Shown one piece after another: positions 9,257 to 18,662 of a stretch of DNA of 32,000 bases. Positions within the stretch are counted from its first letter, which is position 1. Each line of letters starts with the position of its first letter. Both the position numbers and the translations under genes were made by a program. Location of the stretch: assembly GCF_000007305.1 (NCBI RefSeq), contig NC_003413.1:1568141-1600140 (forward strand). The letters are read 5' to 3'. Origin of the DNA: Pyrococcus furiosus DSM 3638. Its GTDB lineage: Archaea; Methanobacteriota_B; Thermococci; Thermococcales; Thermococcaceae. The notes under the pieces were generated by a model that saw only the letters and a program-made list of their open reading frames with translations, was not told where the DNA came from and did not search any database.

Positions 9257-10229
9257 GAAAACACTCGAAGTTATATCTTCGCTAATATTTGCATTCTTAA
9301 TAGGGGCAATTGTCTTAACATTGTTGGGATATAACCCGGCTAAAGTTTACATCATACTATTTAAATACGGGTACGGAAATCTTGAGTATCTCCTTAATAA
9401 AAGCACACCACTTATATTGACAGGACTTGCATTCTCAATACCAGCTCTTGCAGGTGTTTTTAACATAGGGGGAGAAAGCCAACTTTATGTAGGTGCACTT
9501 ACAGCCCTTCTAGTTGCTTATTATACAAGAAATCCTATTTTAGCCCTAATCCTCGGAGGAATAGCAGGAGGTGCCTTAGGACTTTTCATCGGAGCACTTA
9601 GAGTTTACAGAGGCATTAATGAAGTGATAACGGCAATAATGATAAACTGGACAATGTTCTACATTCTAGCGTACCTCATATCAGCCAAATACCACGATCC
9701 AAAAAATCCTCATGAATCCGTTCCAGTCCCATCTGAAGCAAGAATAGGGGGAATTTTCATAATTGCAGTTCTTATTGCTATTCTCTACTATTACCTCCTT
9801 AATTTTACGGAACTTGGGTACAAGTTGAGGGTGTCAGGATTGTCACCTAAATCTGCAAGGTATGCAGGGTTCAATCCCTCCAAGCTAATTCTCTCTTCAA
9901 TGCTATTGGGTGGTCTAGCTGCGGGCCTTGGAGGGGCCCTCTTAGTCCTGGGAATAACATATGCTATTGATGACACTCTCTCCACAGTATATGGAGTTGG
10001 ATTTACGGGAATAGGAATAGGGCTCTTGGGAAGGAACAATCCAATAGGAATAATATTCTCGGGAATATTTATGAGCGGACTGATAATTGGAGGGCAATGG
10101 GTTGAGTTAAAAACAGGAGCCCCACCAGAGCTTGCAGATACGCTAGTAGGTGTAATAGTGATAACCCTTGCAGTTCCCCAGCTGTATAGAGAAATTTTCA
10201 AGAGAATTAGGAGGGAGAAGCATGCTTGA
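9240..10229 (+). CDS. ABC transporter permease, BMP/nucleoside type (YufP-like)
   Basis: Hydrophobic protein with KSTPLILTGLAFSIPALAGVFNIGGESQLYVGA; ATG at 9240 chosen within the 9231 ORF. Confidence 0.87.
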   Translation: MLKVNEKTLEVISSLIFAFLIGAIVLTLLGYNPAKVYIILFKYGYGNLEYLLNKSTPLILTGLAFSIPALAGVFNIGGESQLYVGALTALLVAYYTRNPILALILGGIAGGALGLFIGALRVYRGINEVITAIMINWTMFYILAYLISAKYHDPKNPHESVPVPSEARIGGIFIIAVLIAILYYYLLNFTELGYKLRVSGLSPKSARYAGFNPSKLILSSMLLGGLAAGLGGALLVLGITYAIDDTLSTVYGVGFTGIGIGLLGRNNPIGIIFSGIFMSGLIIGGQWVELKTGAPPELADTLVGVIVITLAVPQLYREIFKRIRREKHA

Positions 10230-11130
10230 AGATGTATTTGTGCTTCTCTCAAACACATTATTTTCAATGGTCCCATTGGTTCTTGCTGGGGTTGGAGAAG
10301 TAATAACAGAGCGCTCTGGAGTGGTTAACATCGGGCTAGAGGGGATATTCATTCTCTCTGCCTTCCTCACAACTGTAGTTACGTTTTACACAGAAAATCC
10401 CTATCTGGGCCTCATAATTGGAATATTAGTTGGAGCACTCTCCGGACTTCTCCACGGGATAATCAGCGTATACTTGAAAGGTGATCAAATAATTGCAGGA
10501 GTTGGTTTTAATTCTCTAGCCTATGGAATAAGCATACTTTCACTTGTAGCCCTATGGCACAGTCACGGCTCCTCTCCTTCTGTAGAAAAGATGCCCGTAA
10601 TTATTATCGGCCACCTTACAATTCCCCCAATGGCAATAGTGGCAATATTAGTTGGAGTAATTACATGGTGGTGGCTATATAAAACTCCAAGCGGTTTAAA
10701 ACTGAGAGCTTGTGGAGAGGATCCAAGAGCTGCTGAGGCTATGGGGGTTAACGTTCACAGAACTAGGCTATATGCAACGATGGTGGGGGGAGCTTTAACT
10801 GGGCTCGGAGGTGCGTATTTAGTTGTGGGATGGATAGGGCAGTTTACAAAGTTTATATCGGCAGGAAGAGGATTCATAGCCCTAGCAAATGTAGCTTTCA
10901 GCAATTGGAATCCACTGATGGCAGTGGTGGGGGGAATTATATTTGGATTCTTTGACGCACTGTCAATATACGTACCAATAAAGATCCAGAAAACCACTGG
11001 AAGAATAATAACCGCAGAATCAAATCTCTTTAGGATAATCCCATATATAGGAACATTATTAGTGGTCACAATAATCATGAAAAAAGTTAAAGCTCCCAGG
11101 GCTCTTGGGAAACCTTATATCAAGGAGTAA
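10222..11130 (+). CDS. ABC transporter permease, BMP/nucleoside type (YufQ-like)
   Basis: TLFSMVPLVLAGVGEVITERSGVVNIGLEGIF, GDQIIAGVGFNSLAYGIS; GGGAGAAG SD before ATG 10222 (ORF opens at 10168). Confidence 0.87.
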   Translation: MLEDVFVLLSNTLFSMVPLVLAGVGEVITERSGVVNIGLEGIFILSAFLTTVVTFYTENPYLGLIIGILVGALSGLLHGIISVYLKGDQIIAGVGFNSLAYGISILSLVALWHSHGSSPSVEKMPVIIIGHLTIPPMAIVAILVGVITWWWLYKTPSGLKLRACGEDPRAAEAMGVNVHRTRLYATMVGGALTGLGGAYLVVGWIGQFTKFISAGRGFIALANVAFSNWNPLMAVVGGIIFGFFDALSIYVPIKIQKTTGRIITAESNLFRIIPYIGTLLVVTIIMKKVKAPRALGKPYIKE

Positions 11131-11206
11131 CTTTCTTTCCCTTTTTAAATTCTGGCCAGCTCCACTAATCCAAAAAACAATAAATTCATTGGAAGTAGCA
11201 TTCCAC

Positions 11207-12427
11207 ATGCTTAGAATTGTTCCACCAAAAGAAATTCAAGGTGAAGTAATAGCCCCGCCCTCAAAGAGCTACACCCATAGGGGTTATTTTTTGTCCCTCC
11301 TTGCAGATGAAAAAAGTATAGTAGAGAGACCCCTAATTAGTGATGATACCCTTGCAACCATAGATGCAATTAGAGCTTTTGGTGCTGATCTCATAGAAGA
11401 GGTGGTCTATCCTCCCGAAGAATTAAGGCCAAACTATATATTTGCCCGAGATTCTGGAACAACAGCAAGGATTTCAATAATAGTTTCTTCCCTAGCTAAG
11501 GGTGTTAGTGTAATAGATGGTAGGGAACAGCTCCGTAGGAGACCAATGGAAGATGGAGTATCTTCTTTGAGAATGATTGGTGTAGAAGCAATTGGAAAGA
11601 GACTTCCAGTGAAAGTCTTTGGGAGGGGAAGAATTAGTGCCAAAGAAGTCTCCATAGTGGCCGAAAAGTCCTCTCAATTTGCAACAGGCTTTCTAATACT
11701 AGCAGCGAAGATCGGATTGAAAGTCGAAATAGTGAAACCAGTCTCAAAGCCTTATATTGAGATGACACTAAAAACCATGGAAGAGTTTGGCGTTAAATAC
11801 GATAAAGCTCAAGAAAATGAGAGACTAGTAATTTTTGTTGACCCAGGAGTTAAGGGGACAAAATTTAAGGTTCCAGGGGATTATTCCTCAGCGGCAAACT
11901 TCTTAGTTGCCGGTGCACTCTACGGCAAGATAAGGGTCAGAAACTTGATGAGGGATGACGTTCAAGCAGACAAAGAAATCCTCAACATATTGAGGGAATA
12001 TGGAGCAAAAGTTAAGGTAAAAGATGAGTATGTAGAAGTTGAAAGCAACGAAAGAAATCCATTAAATGTAGATTGCTCAAACTTTCCTGATTTATTTCCC
12101 CTCCTAGCTGTTCTTGCGGCATATGCCGAAGGAAAAAGTGTGATACGAGGGAGACAGTTGAGGATTAAAGAAAGTGACAGAATCCATGCAATGGCGGTAA
12201 ATCTTTCAAGAGCTGGAATTAGAGTTAGGGAGCTTAGTGATGGACTTGAAATCTGGGGTGGCCAACCTAAGGGATTTAGGGGGAAAACATTCAATGATCA
12301 TAGGATTACAATGGCTTTAGCAATCCTCGCCCTGGGGGCTAAGGGCGAGAGTATAATTCCTGAAACTAAAAGTATTGCAAAGTCCTATCCAAACTTTTTC
12401 GAGGATTTAATGAGGGTGATAAAATGA
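11207..12427 (+). CDS. aroA: 3-phosphoshikimate 1-carboxyvinyltransferase (EPSP synthase)
   Basis: PPKEIQGEVIAPPSKSYTHRGYFLSLLADEKS, ARDSGTTARISII, DYSSAANFLVAGAL, FNDHRITMALAILAL; ATG 11207 fits the family N-terminus. Confidence 0.93.
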   Translation: MLRIVPPKEIQGEVIAPPSKSYTHRGYFLSLLADEKSIVERPLISDDTLATIDAIRAFGADLIEEVVYPPEELRPNYIFARDSGTTARISIIVSSLAKGVSVIDGREQLRRRPMEDGVSSLRMIGVEAIGKRLPVKVFGRGRISAKEVSIVAEKSSQFATGFLILAAKIGLKVEIVKPVSKPYIEMTLKTMEEFGVKYDKAQENERLVIFVDPGVKGTKFKVPGDYSSAANFLVAGALYGKIRVRNLMRDDVQADKEILNILREYGAKVKVKDEYVEVESNERNPLNVDCSNFPDLFPLLAVLAAYAEGKSVIRGRQLRIKESDRIHAMAVNLSRAGIRVRELSDGLEIWGGQPKGFRGKTFNDHRITMALAILALGAKGESIIPETKSIAKSYPNFFEDLMRVIK

Positions 12428-13511
12428 ATGGGAAAATGTTGTCATTTCACTTATTTGGAGAGAGTCATGGGAAAGCCGTAGGAGAGTTCTAATAGAAGGA
12501 GTGCCTCCTGGGATAAGAGTTAACCTGGAGGAGTTAAAAGCCGAACTTGAAAGAAGAAAGGGGATTTCCAAATTTTCAACTGCCAGAAAAGAGAGCGACG
12601 AACCTATAATAATTTCCGGAGTTTTTAGAGGATACACTACTGGAGCTCCAATAACAGTAATTGTGGAAAATAAAGACGTAGATTCTTCATATTATGAGGA
12701 GATCAAAGATACTCCTCGACCTGGGCATGCAGATTATCCAGCAAAGATCAAGTATTTTGGCTTCAATGACTATCGAGGAGGAGGAAGGTTTTCTGGAAGG
12801 CTAACTATAGGCTTTGTAATCGCCGGATATTTCGCCAAGAAGATTCTCGAACCAGTGGGAGTAAAAATTAAAGCCTATATAAAGAGAGTTGGAAAAGTGG
12901 AAGCTAGAAACATGAGCATCGAGGAAATATTCAATTCTCCGAACCCTTACTGCCCAGATGAAGATGCATTTAAAGAGATGCTTAAGGAGATGGAAAGTGC
13001 AAAAAAGTCTGGAGACAGCGTTGGTGGAGTGGTAGAGGTTGTTGCAATAAACGTTCCCCCAGGATTAGGTGGACCTTATGAGGATGATATAGAAGCTGAT
13101 CTTGCCTCAACATTTTTCAGAATTCCAGCTGTAAAGGGTGTTGAGTTTGGACTTGGATTTAAGGTTAGTGAAAAGAGAGGTAGTGAAGTAAACGACCCTT
13201 ATGTCATAAAGAACGGAGAAATACAGACGGTAACAAACAATCATGGAGGCATTATAGGAGGAATAACAACAGGAATGCCAATAGTAGCTAGAATAGCGTT
13301 CAAACCAACTCCCTCAATATACCTTCCCCAAAAAACCGTAAATTTAAGAGAAATGAAGGAAACAACTATAAAGCTAAAGGGGAGATTTGACTCCTGCATA
13401 GTTCCTAAAGCTCTTCCCGTGGTTGAAGGTGCAATGGCCTTTGTGCTTGCAGATCACTTTCTTAGGAGGTTAGCCTGGGAAAGATATGTCCACCTATCCA
13501 AAGAATTTTAA
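12424..13511 (+). CDS. aroC: Chorismate synthase, frameshifted near 12481-12486 in this sequence
   Basis: N-terminal MNGKMLSFHLFGESHGKAVG (12424-12483) is followed in another frame by VLIEGVPPGIRVNLEELKAELERRKG... to 13511. ATGA overlap with the aroA stop. Confidence 0.88.
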
Positions 13512-13517
13512 ATAAAA
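13505..13517 (+). promoter_or_regulatory. Putative internal TATA box for the chorismate mutase-aminotransferase-tyrA unit
   Basis: AT-rich ATTTTAAATAAAA spans the aroC stop, about 30 nt upstream of the MPRQY leader ORF. Confidence 0.4.
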
Positions 13518-13536
13518 GGACAACCAAAAAGTGGGG

Positions 13537-13569
13537 ATGGTGATGCCACGCCAATATCAACGAATTTAG
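13537..13569 (+). CDS. Candidate leader peptide MVMPRQYQRI* (Tyr)
   Basis: ATG GTG ATG CCA CGC CAA TAT CAA CGA ATT TAG; shares ggtgatgcc-cgccaatatcaa with the 5' leader of the aro cluster and ends 8 nt before the chorismate mutase ATG. Confidence 0.45.
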   Translation: MVMPRQYQRI

Positions 13570-13577
13570 ATGAACAA

Positions 13578-13808
13578 ATGACAACATTAAAACTCCTTAG
13601 AAAGGAGATAGATAAAATAGACAACCAAATAATATCTCTTCTAAAAAAGAGACTTGAAATAGCCCAAGCAATTGGGAAAATAAAGAAAGAGCTCAATCTC
13701 CCCATAGAAGATAGAAAAAGAGAAGAAGAAGTTCTAAGAAGAGCTGGCGAGTTTAGGGAAATTTTTGAAAAGATTTTGGAGGTTAGCAAAGATGTTCAAC
13801 GTTTATGA
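13578..13808 (+). CDS. Chorismate mutase (AroQ type)
   Basis: LLRKEIDKIDNQIISLLKKRLEIAQAIGKIKKELNLPIEDRKREEEVLRRAG is the classical AroQ motif pattern. Confidence 0.92.
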   Translation: MTTLKLLRKEIDKIDNQIISLLKKRLEIAQAIGKIKKELNLPIEDRKREEEVLRRAGEFREIFEKILEVSKDVQRL

Positions 13809-14829
13809 GCTATTTAATAAGATAAATGAGGTAAAACCAGAGATTCGACTTGATGCAGGACAACCAGATATCCCCGTAGCTAACGAAATAATAGAAGAAG
13901 CCATAAATTCTCTAAAAAGGGGAGAAACTGGCTATGTAAGTACAACTGGAATTAACGAGTTGAGAGAAAAGATAGCAGAAGTAGAAGGAGTGAGCAAAGA
14001 AGAGGTAATTGTTGGGCCTGGAGCCAAAATATTGATAGCTGCAGAGATAGCAATGGCCAACAAGATTGGAGTAATTGCCCCCTACTGGAATGCCTACCTA
14101 TTGATAGCCAAGAACTTTGAAAAAGAAGTTAAAATAATTGAGACAACATTAGAAAACTCCTGGGAGCCTGAAATTAACGACAACTTAGATGTTGACCTCC
14201 TAATTCTCAACTACCCCAATAACCCTACTGGAAAAATACTCCCAAGAGAAAAACTCAAAGAACTCGTAGAAGTTGCAGAAGAGAAAGGAATCAAAATTCT
14301 TTCCGATGAAATCTATGCTGAAATTTCTTTTAAGTCATTTACTCCTGTTCGAGAGCTCTATGAAAACACGGTCACCGTAAAGGGGTTCTCCAAACTGTAT
14401 TCAATGACTGGCTTTAGGCTTGGATACGCTATTGCCGATAAGGAAGAGATAAGGAAAATAAAAACATTCATTGAATCAACTGTCACCTGTGTTCCTCCTT
14501 TCGTTCAAAGGGCTGGGATCAAGGCTTTGGAGCTTAGAGATGAGTTAATGAAAAAAGTGAGTAGGGAGTATAAGAGAAGAGCAGAACTTGCCTCCAAAAT
14601 CTTGAGGGGATTAGAGTTCTATGAACCCGATGGAGCATTCTACATATTCCTCAAAACACCCATTGATGGGTTGGAATTTGTCTATAAACTACTCGAGAGG
14701 GGAGTTTCAGCATTCCCAGGAATAGCGTTTGGAAATTATCAAAACTTCATAAGGATCTCACTAACGAGTGATAAGCTCGAGAAGGGATTAAACATAATCA
14801 AGGAGGTAGCAGAATGCGAATCACAATAA
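13792..14829 (+). CDS. PLP-dependent class I/II aminotransferase, probably aromatic/prephenate-linked
   Basis: DAGQPDIPV, GPGAKILIAAEIAM, LLILNYPNNPTGKI, SDEIYAEISF, VKGFSKLYSMTGFRLGY; ATG 13792 within the 13765 ORF. Confidence 0.87.
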   Translation: MFNVYELFNKINEVKPEIRLDAGQPDIPVANEIIEEAINSLKRGETGYVSTTGINELREKIAEVEGVSKEEVIVGPGAKILIAAEIAMANKIGVIAPYWNAYLLIAKNFEKEVKIIETTLENSWEPEINDNLDVDLLILNYPNNPTGKILPREKLKELVEVAEEKGIKILSDEIYAEISFKSFTPVRELYENTVTVKGFSKLYSMTGFRLGYAIADKEEIRKIKTFIESTVTCVPPFVQRAGIKALELRDELMKKVSREYKRRAELASKILRGLEFYEPDGAFYIFLKTPIDGLEFVYKLLERGVSAFPGIAFGNYQNFIRISLTSDKLEKGLNIIKEVAECESQ

Positions 14830-15588
14830 GTGGATATGGTAAAATGGGAAAACTCTTTGGAAGAGTTCTTTCTGAGGAATTAAACTCAGAAGTGAAATTT
14901 TACTCTAGCCATACAATACTAGATTTTTCCACCCTTAGTGAAGCCTATGAATGGAGTGATGTTATGATACTCGCCTCCACAATAGATAACATAAAAGCTC
15001 AGATTAGGGAGTTAAGAGAGATATCATTGAGTAATCCAAAAGATATTATGATTTTTGACATAGCAACGTTCAAAAAAGACGTACTTACCGAGTACCAAGG
15101 ATTTCCCAGGGAGGTAAAAGTAGCAAGCGTCCACCCAATGTTCGGCCCAGGAGCTAAGAGTTTTAGGGGGCATTTATTTTATCGTTGTCCCTGTAAAGGG
15201 CAGGGAAAAAGACGCCGAAGATGTCGGAAAGTTTATCGAAGGATTGGGGGGAAAAGTTGAATTTATGAGTGTGGAGGAGCATGATAGAATAGTTGGATTC
15301 GTTATTGGAGTGCCCTATCTATTGGGCATTGCATATCTTAAACTATCACTTGAAAACAATCTAGAAAGATTTGGGGGGACCTCTTTTAGATTTCTAACAA
15401 TTTATGGAAAGGCAGTGCTAAATGATGGTCCAAGGTTTATAGAAGAAGTCATTAGAAGATCTAGAGAAGAGATAGCAGAATTCCTAAAGAGTATAGATTC
15501 TGTAAATGTGCATGAACTATCTAAAAAAGTCTCAAGAGAAGAGATAGAGAGGGCATATGAAAAGTTTTACAAAATTTTAGATCCCTAA
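14814..15588 (+). CDS. tyrA: Prephenate dehydrogenase, frameshifted around 15165-15180 in this sequence
   Basis: ISGYGKMGKLFGRVL...ASVHPMFGPGAKSFRG in frame 1; FIVVPVKGREKDAEDVGKFIEGLGGKVEFMSVEEHDRIVGFVIGVPY... continues in another frame to 15588. Confidence 0.88.
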
Positions 15589-16329
15589 AAGTTCCTCTAC
15601 TTTCTTCTTTAAGAATTCTGTGGCCTCTCTTCCCTTTTCTCCTATTATTTTTACCAAAGCGCTTCCCACAACAACTCCATTCGCACCTTCTTTAAGTAAA
15701 CTCACAACGTGCTCCCTTTTAGACACCCCGAATCCCACAGCAACCTTGTTTCTGCATATCCTTTTAGCTCTTCTGAGCAAATCATAAGCAGTTTTGGGTA
15801 TTTCCTCCCTAGCTCCTGTTGTTCCATATAGGGAGACTAGATAGACAAACCCAGTCGTCATGTCATCAATAACCTTGAGCCTTTCATCTGGAGTATTGGG
15901 AGCCGCCAAAAATACTGTCTTAATGCCTTCTTCTCTAGCAATCTCTGTAAACTCTTTAGCATGAAAAACTGGAAGGTCCACAACTAGAATTCCATCGACA
16001 CCACTAGCCTTTGCCTCTGCTAGAAAATTCCTAACCCCTGCTCTGTATATTGGATTGTAGTAAGTCATCAGGACTATTGGTGTACTGGAATGCCTTCTGA
16101 ATTCCTTAACAATCCAGAAGGCCTCTCTCAACTTAAATCCATTTTTTAGTGCCCTGTAGTGCGACTCTTGAATTGTCTTACCATCAGCTATTGGATCACT
16201 AAATGGAATTCCCAGCTCTATTGCCCCAGCATACTCATCAAGAGCTAGGAGAAAATTGAGAGTAGACTGCTTATCAGGGTCCCCCGCTGTTAAATATGGA
16301 ATTAGAGAACCATCCTTAAACATTTCCAC
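15577..16329 (-). CDS. trpA: Tryptophan synthase alpha chain
   Basis: [63 protein letters not shown]. Confidence 0.95.
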   Translation of the reverse strand: MEMFKDGSLIPYLTAGDPDKQSTLNFLLALDEYAGAIELGIPFSDPIADGKTIQESHYRALKNGFKLREAFWIVKEFRRHSSTPIVLMTYYNPIYRAGVRNFLAEAKASGVDGILVVDLPVFHAKEFTEIAREEGIKTVFLAAPNTPDERLKVIDDMTTGFVYLVSLYGTTGAREEIPKTAYDLLRRAKRICRNKVAVGFGVSKREHVVSLLKEGANGVVVGSALVKIIGEKGREATEFLKKKVEELLGI

Positions 16330-17482
16330 TCACCTTCAAGACTATATCAAGATCCTTGTCTCCCCTTCCAGATAGGTTTACTATAATTATCTCGTCTCTA
16401 CTCATTTCTTTTGCAAGCTTCATAGCATAAGCTACTGCATGTGCTGATTCAAGAGCAGGAATTATACCTTCAGTTCTTGAAAGTTCGTGAAACGCTTTCA
16501 ACGCCTCTTCGTCAGTTACAGTAACGTATTCAGCCCTTTGGATTTTCTTAAGATATGCATGTTCAGGCCCCACTCCTGGGTAATCGAGGCCAGGAGCAAT
16601 GCTGTGTGTAGGCTTTATCTGTCCCTCCTCATCCTGTAAGAAGTAGCTAAGCATTCCATGGAATACTCCAACTTGACCAGCATTCAGAGATGCCGAGTGT
16701 TTCCCACTTTCCAAACCCTTACCCCCAGCCTCAACTCCCACAAGTTTAACCTTCTTATCATTTACAAACGGGTAAAATATCCCCATTGCATTGCTTCCTC
16801 CTCCAACACAGGCCACTATTACATCAGGCAACTGCCCTTCAGCCTCAAGAATTTGGGCCTTAGCTTCCCTTCCTATTACGGACTGAAAGTCTCTAACTAT
16901 TGTTGGATATGGATGGGGCCCAACCACGGAACCTATTAAGTAGTGAGTGTATTCAAACGTGGCCACCCAATCCCTTAGGGCTTCATTTATTGCATCCTTT
17001 AATGTCCTAGAACCAGAATTTACTGGAATAACATTTGCCCCCAATAGTTTCATTCTGAATACATTCATTTTTTGTCTTTCAACGTCCTCAGCTCCCATGT
17101 ATATATCAACCTTCATGCCAAGTAAAGCTCCAGCCATTGCCGTTGCAACACCATGCTGACCAGCTCCGGTCTCAGCTATTAGCCTAGTTTTACCCATAAA
17201 CTTCGCTAACAAAGCTTGCCCTATTGCATTGTTCGTCTTGTGGGCTCCTCCGTGAACTAGATCTTCTCTCTTTAGATATATTTTTGCCCCACCTATCTTT
17301 TCAGTTAGTCTTTTGGCATAATATAGAGGAGTTGGTCTGCCAGCCCAGGTTTTAAGATAATAATTCAACTGCCTGTTAAACTCCTCATCGTCTTTAAACC
17401 TTTTATATGCCTTTTCTAATTCTTTTAATGGTTCTATTAGAGTCTCAGGCACATATTGACCTCCAAACTCACCAAACCACAT
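16316..17482 (-). CDS. trpB: Tryptophan synthase beta chain
   Basis: [74 protein letters not shown]. Confidence 0.97.
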   Translation of the reverse strand: MWFGEFGGQYVPETLIEPLKELEKAYKRFKDDEEFNRQLNYYLKTWAGRPTPLYYAKRLTEKIGGAKIYLKREDLVHGGAHKTNNAIGQALLAKFMGKTRLIAETGAGQHGVATAMAGALLGMKVDIYMGAEDVERQKMNVFRMKLLGANVIPVNSGSRTLKDAINEALRDWVATFEYTHYLIGSVVGPHPYPTIVRDFQSVIGREAKAQILEAEGQLPDVIVACVGGGSNAMGIFYPFVNDKKVKLVGVEAGGKGLESGKHSASLNAGQVGVFHGMLSYFLQDEEGQIKPTHSIAPGLDYPGVGPEHAYLKKIQRAEYVTVTDEEALKAFHELSRTEGIIPALESAHAVAYAMKLAKEMSRDEIIIVNLSGRGDKDLDIVLKVSGNV

Positions 17483-18095
17483 TTTTGGCCCTCCTTACAA
17501 ACTCTTCAACTAACTTGGGATCTTTTATTCCATATTTCTCAACTCCAGAAGAGACATCAACACCATAAGGCTTCACAACTTTAATGACTTCCTCAACGTT
17601 TTCAGCATTTAAGCCTCCAGCTACTATAACTGGAATTTTTCTTGCGACTAGAGAAGAAACCCTTAAGTCATGAAGCTTCCCACTCCCCGCTCCTGTATCA
17701 AGTAGTACCATATCAGCGTTGTACCTAGATATTTCTGAGAGAAGCCTGTTGGCATCTTCTTCAGGATTCTTGGAGATAGTTGGAACCCTAAACGCTTTCA
17801 TAACAAAAACCCCGAACTCTTTTTTCAATGTGTCAATTGTTTGAGGCAAAGCATTAGAGTGAACCTGAATGTATTGAGCTCCAGTTCTCTCGATTGCCAT
17901 GGCCCATTCAGAAAATCCAACCATAGTAGAAACTAGAAACACTGGAATAGCAGAGTTTTCTATTATTTCCCTAGCTTTTTCAAGCGGTATTCTCCTCTTA
18001 GAGTTTGAATTGACCACAACTCCTGTAGCATCTGCATGCTTTTCTACGATTTCAAGCTCTTCGAGACTTTTTATTCCGCATATTTTTACGAACAT
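17469..18095 (-). CDS. trpF: Phosphoribosylanthranilate isomerase
   Basis: [65 protein letters not shown]. Confidence 0.94.
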   Translation of the reverse strand: MFVKICGIKSLEELEIVEKHADATGVVVNSNSKRRIPLEKAREIIENSAIPVFLVSTMVGFSEWAMAIERTGAQYIQVHSNALPQTIDTLKKEFGVFVMKAFRVPTISKNPEEDANRLLSEISRYNADMVLLDTGAGSGKLHDLRVSSLVARKIPVIVAGGLNAENVEEVIKVVKPYGVDVSSGVEKYGIKDPKLVEEFVRRAKNVVW

Positions 18096-18661
18096 TATCT
18101 TGTCATCTCCACGAAGTTTTGTATAATCCTTAATCCGTCCTCTCTCTTTGTCAAAACGCTCTCTGGGTGAAATTGGACTCCTTCTATTGGGAGAGTCTTA
18201 TGCCTAATGCCCATGATTACTCCATCATCCAGAGAAACTGATGTAACTTTGAACCCTTTTGGGGGCTCTAAAACTGCCAAAGAGTGATATCTTCCGGCTA
18301 AAAATGGATTATCGAGTCCTCTATAGACACCCTTGCCATCATGTCTAATAAGGCTAGCTTTCCCATGTTTTGGAGTTACCCTTCCAATCTTCCCCCCAAA
18401 AACAGCTCCGATTATTTGGTGGCCCAGACAAACTCCCAAGAGGGGAACCTCTGATTCCAAAACTATTTCTGGTGAATTGCCGACTTCTCTTCTATCAAGT
18501 GGATGACCTGGGCCCGGTGAGATTATTATACCATCGGGATCCAGCTTTTTAACTTCACTAAGGGTTATCTTGTTAGAAACTACTACTGCTTCATCAAAGA
18601 ATGATACGTATTCAGCGAGATTCCAGACAAAAGAATCTCTATTGTTGATTATTAGAATCAT
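18095..18661 (-). CDS. trpG: Anthranilate synthase component II (glutamine amidotransferase)
   Basis: IIINNRDSFVWNLAEY, ISPGPGHP, LLGVCLGHQIIG, GVQFHPESVLT; start at MILIINNRD within the ORF opening at 18676. Confidence 0.94.
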   Translation of the reverse strand: MILIINNRDSFVWNLAEYVSFFDEAVVVSNKITLSEVKKLDPDGIIISPGPGHPLDRREVGNSPEIVLESEVPLLGVCLGHQIIGAVFGGKIGRVTPKHGKASLIRHDGKGVYRGLDNPFLAGRYHSLAVLEPPKGFKVTSVSLDDGVIMGIRHKTLPIEGVQFHPESVLTKREDGLRIIQNFVEMTR

Positions 18662-18662
18662 G

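Noticed and set aside
9791-10276. 161-aa ORF antisense to the two permease genes
   Set aside because: Overlaps two well-supported membrane proteins; Pro/Ser-rich shadow translation.
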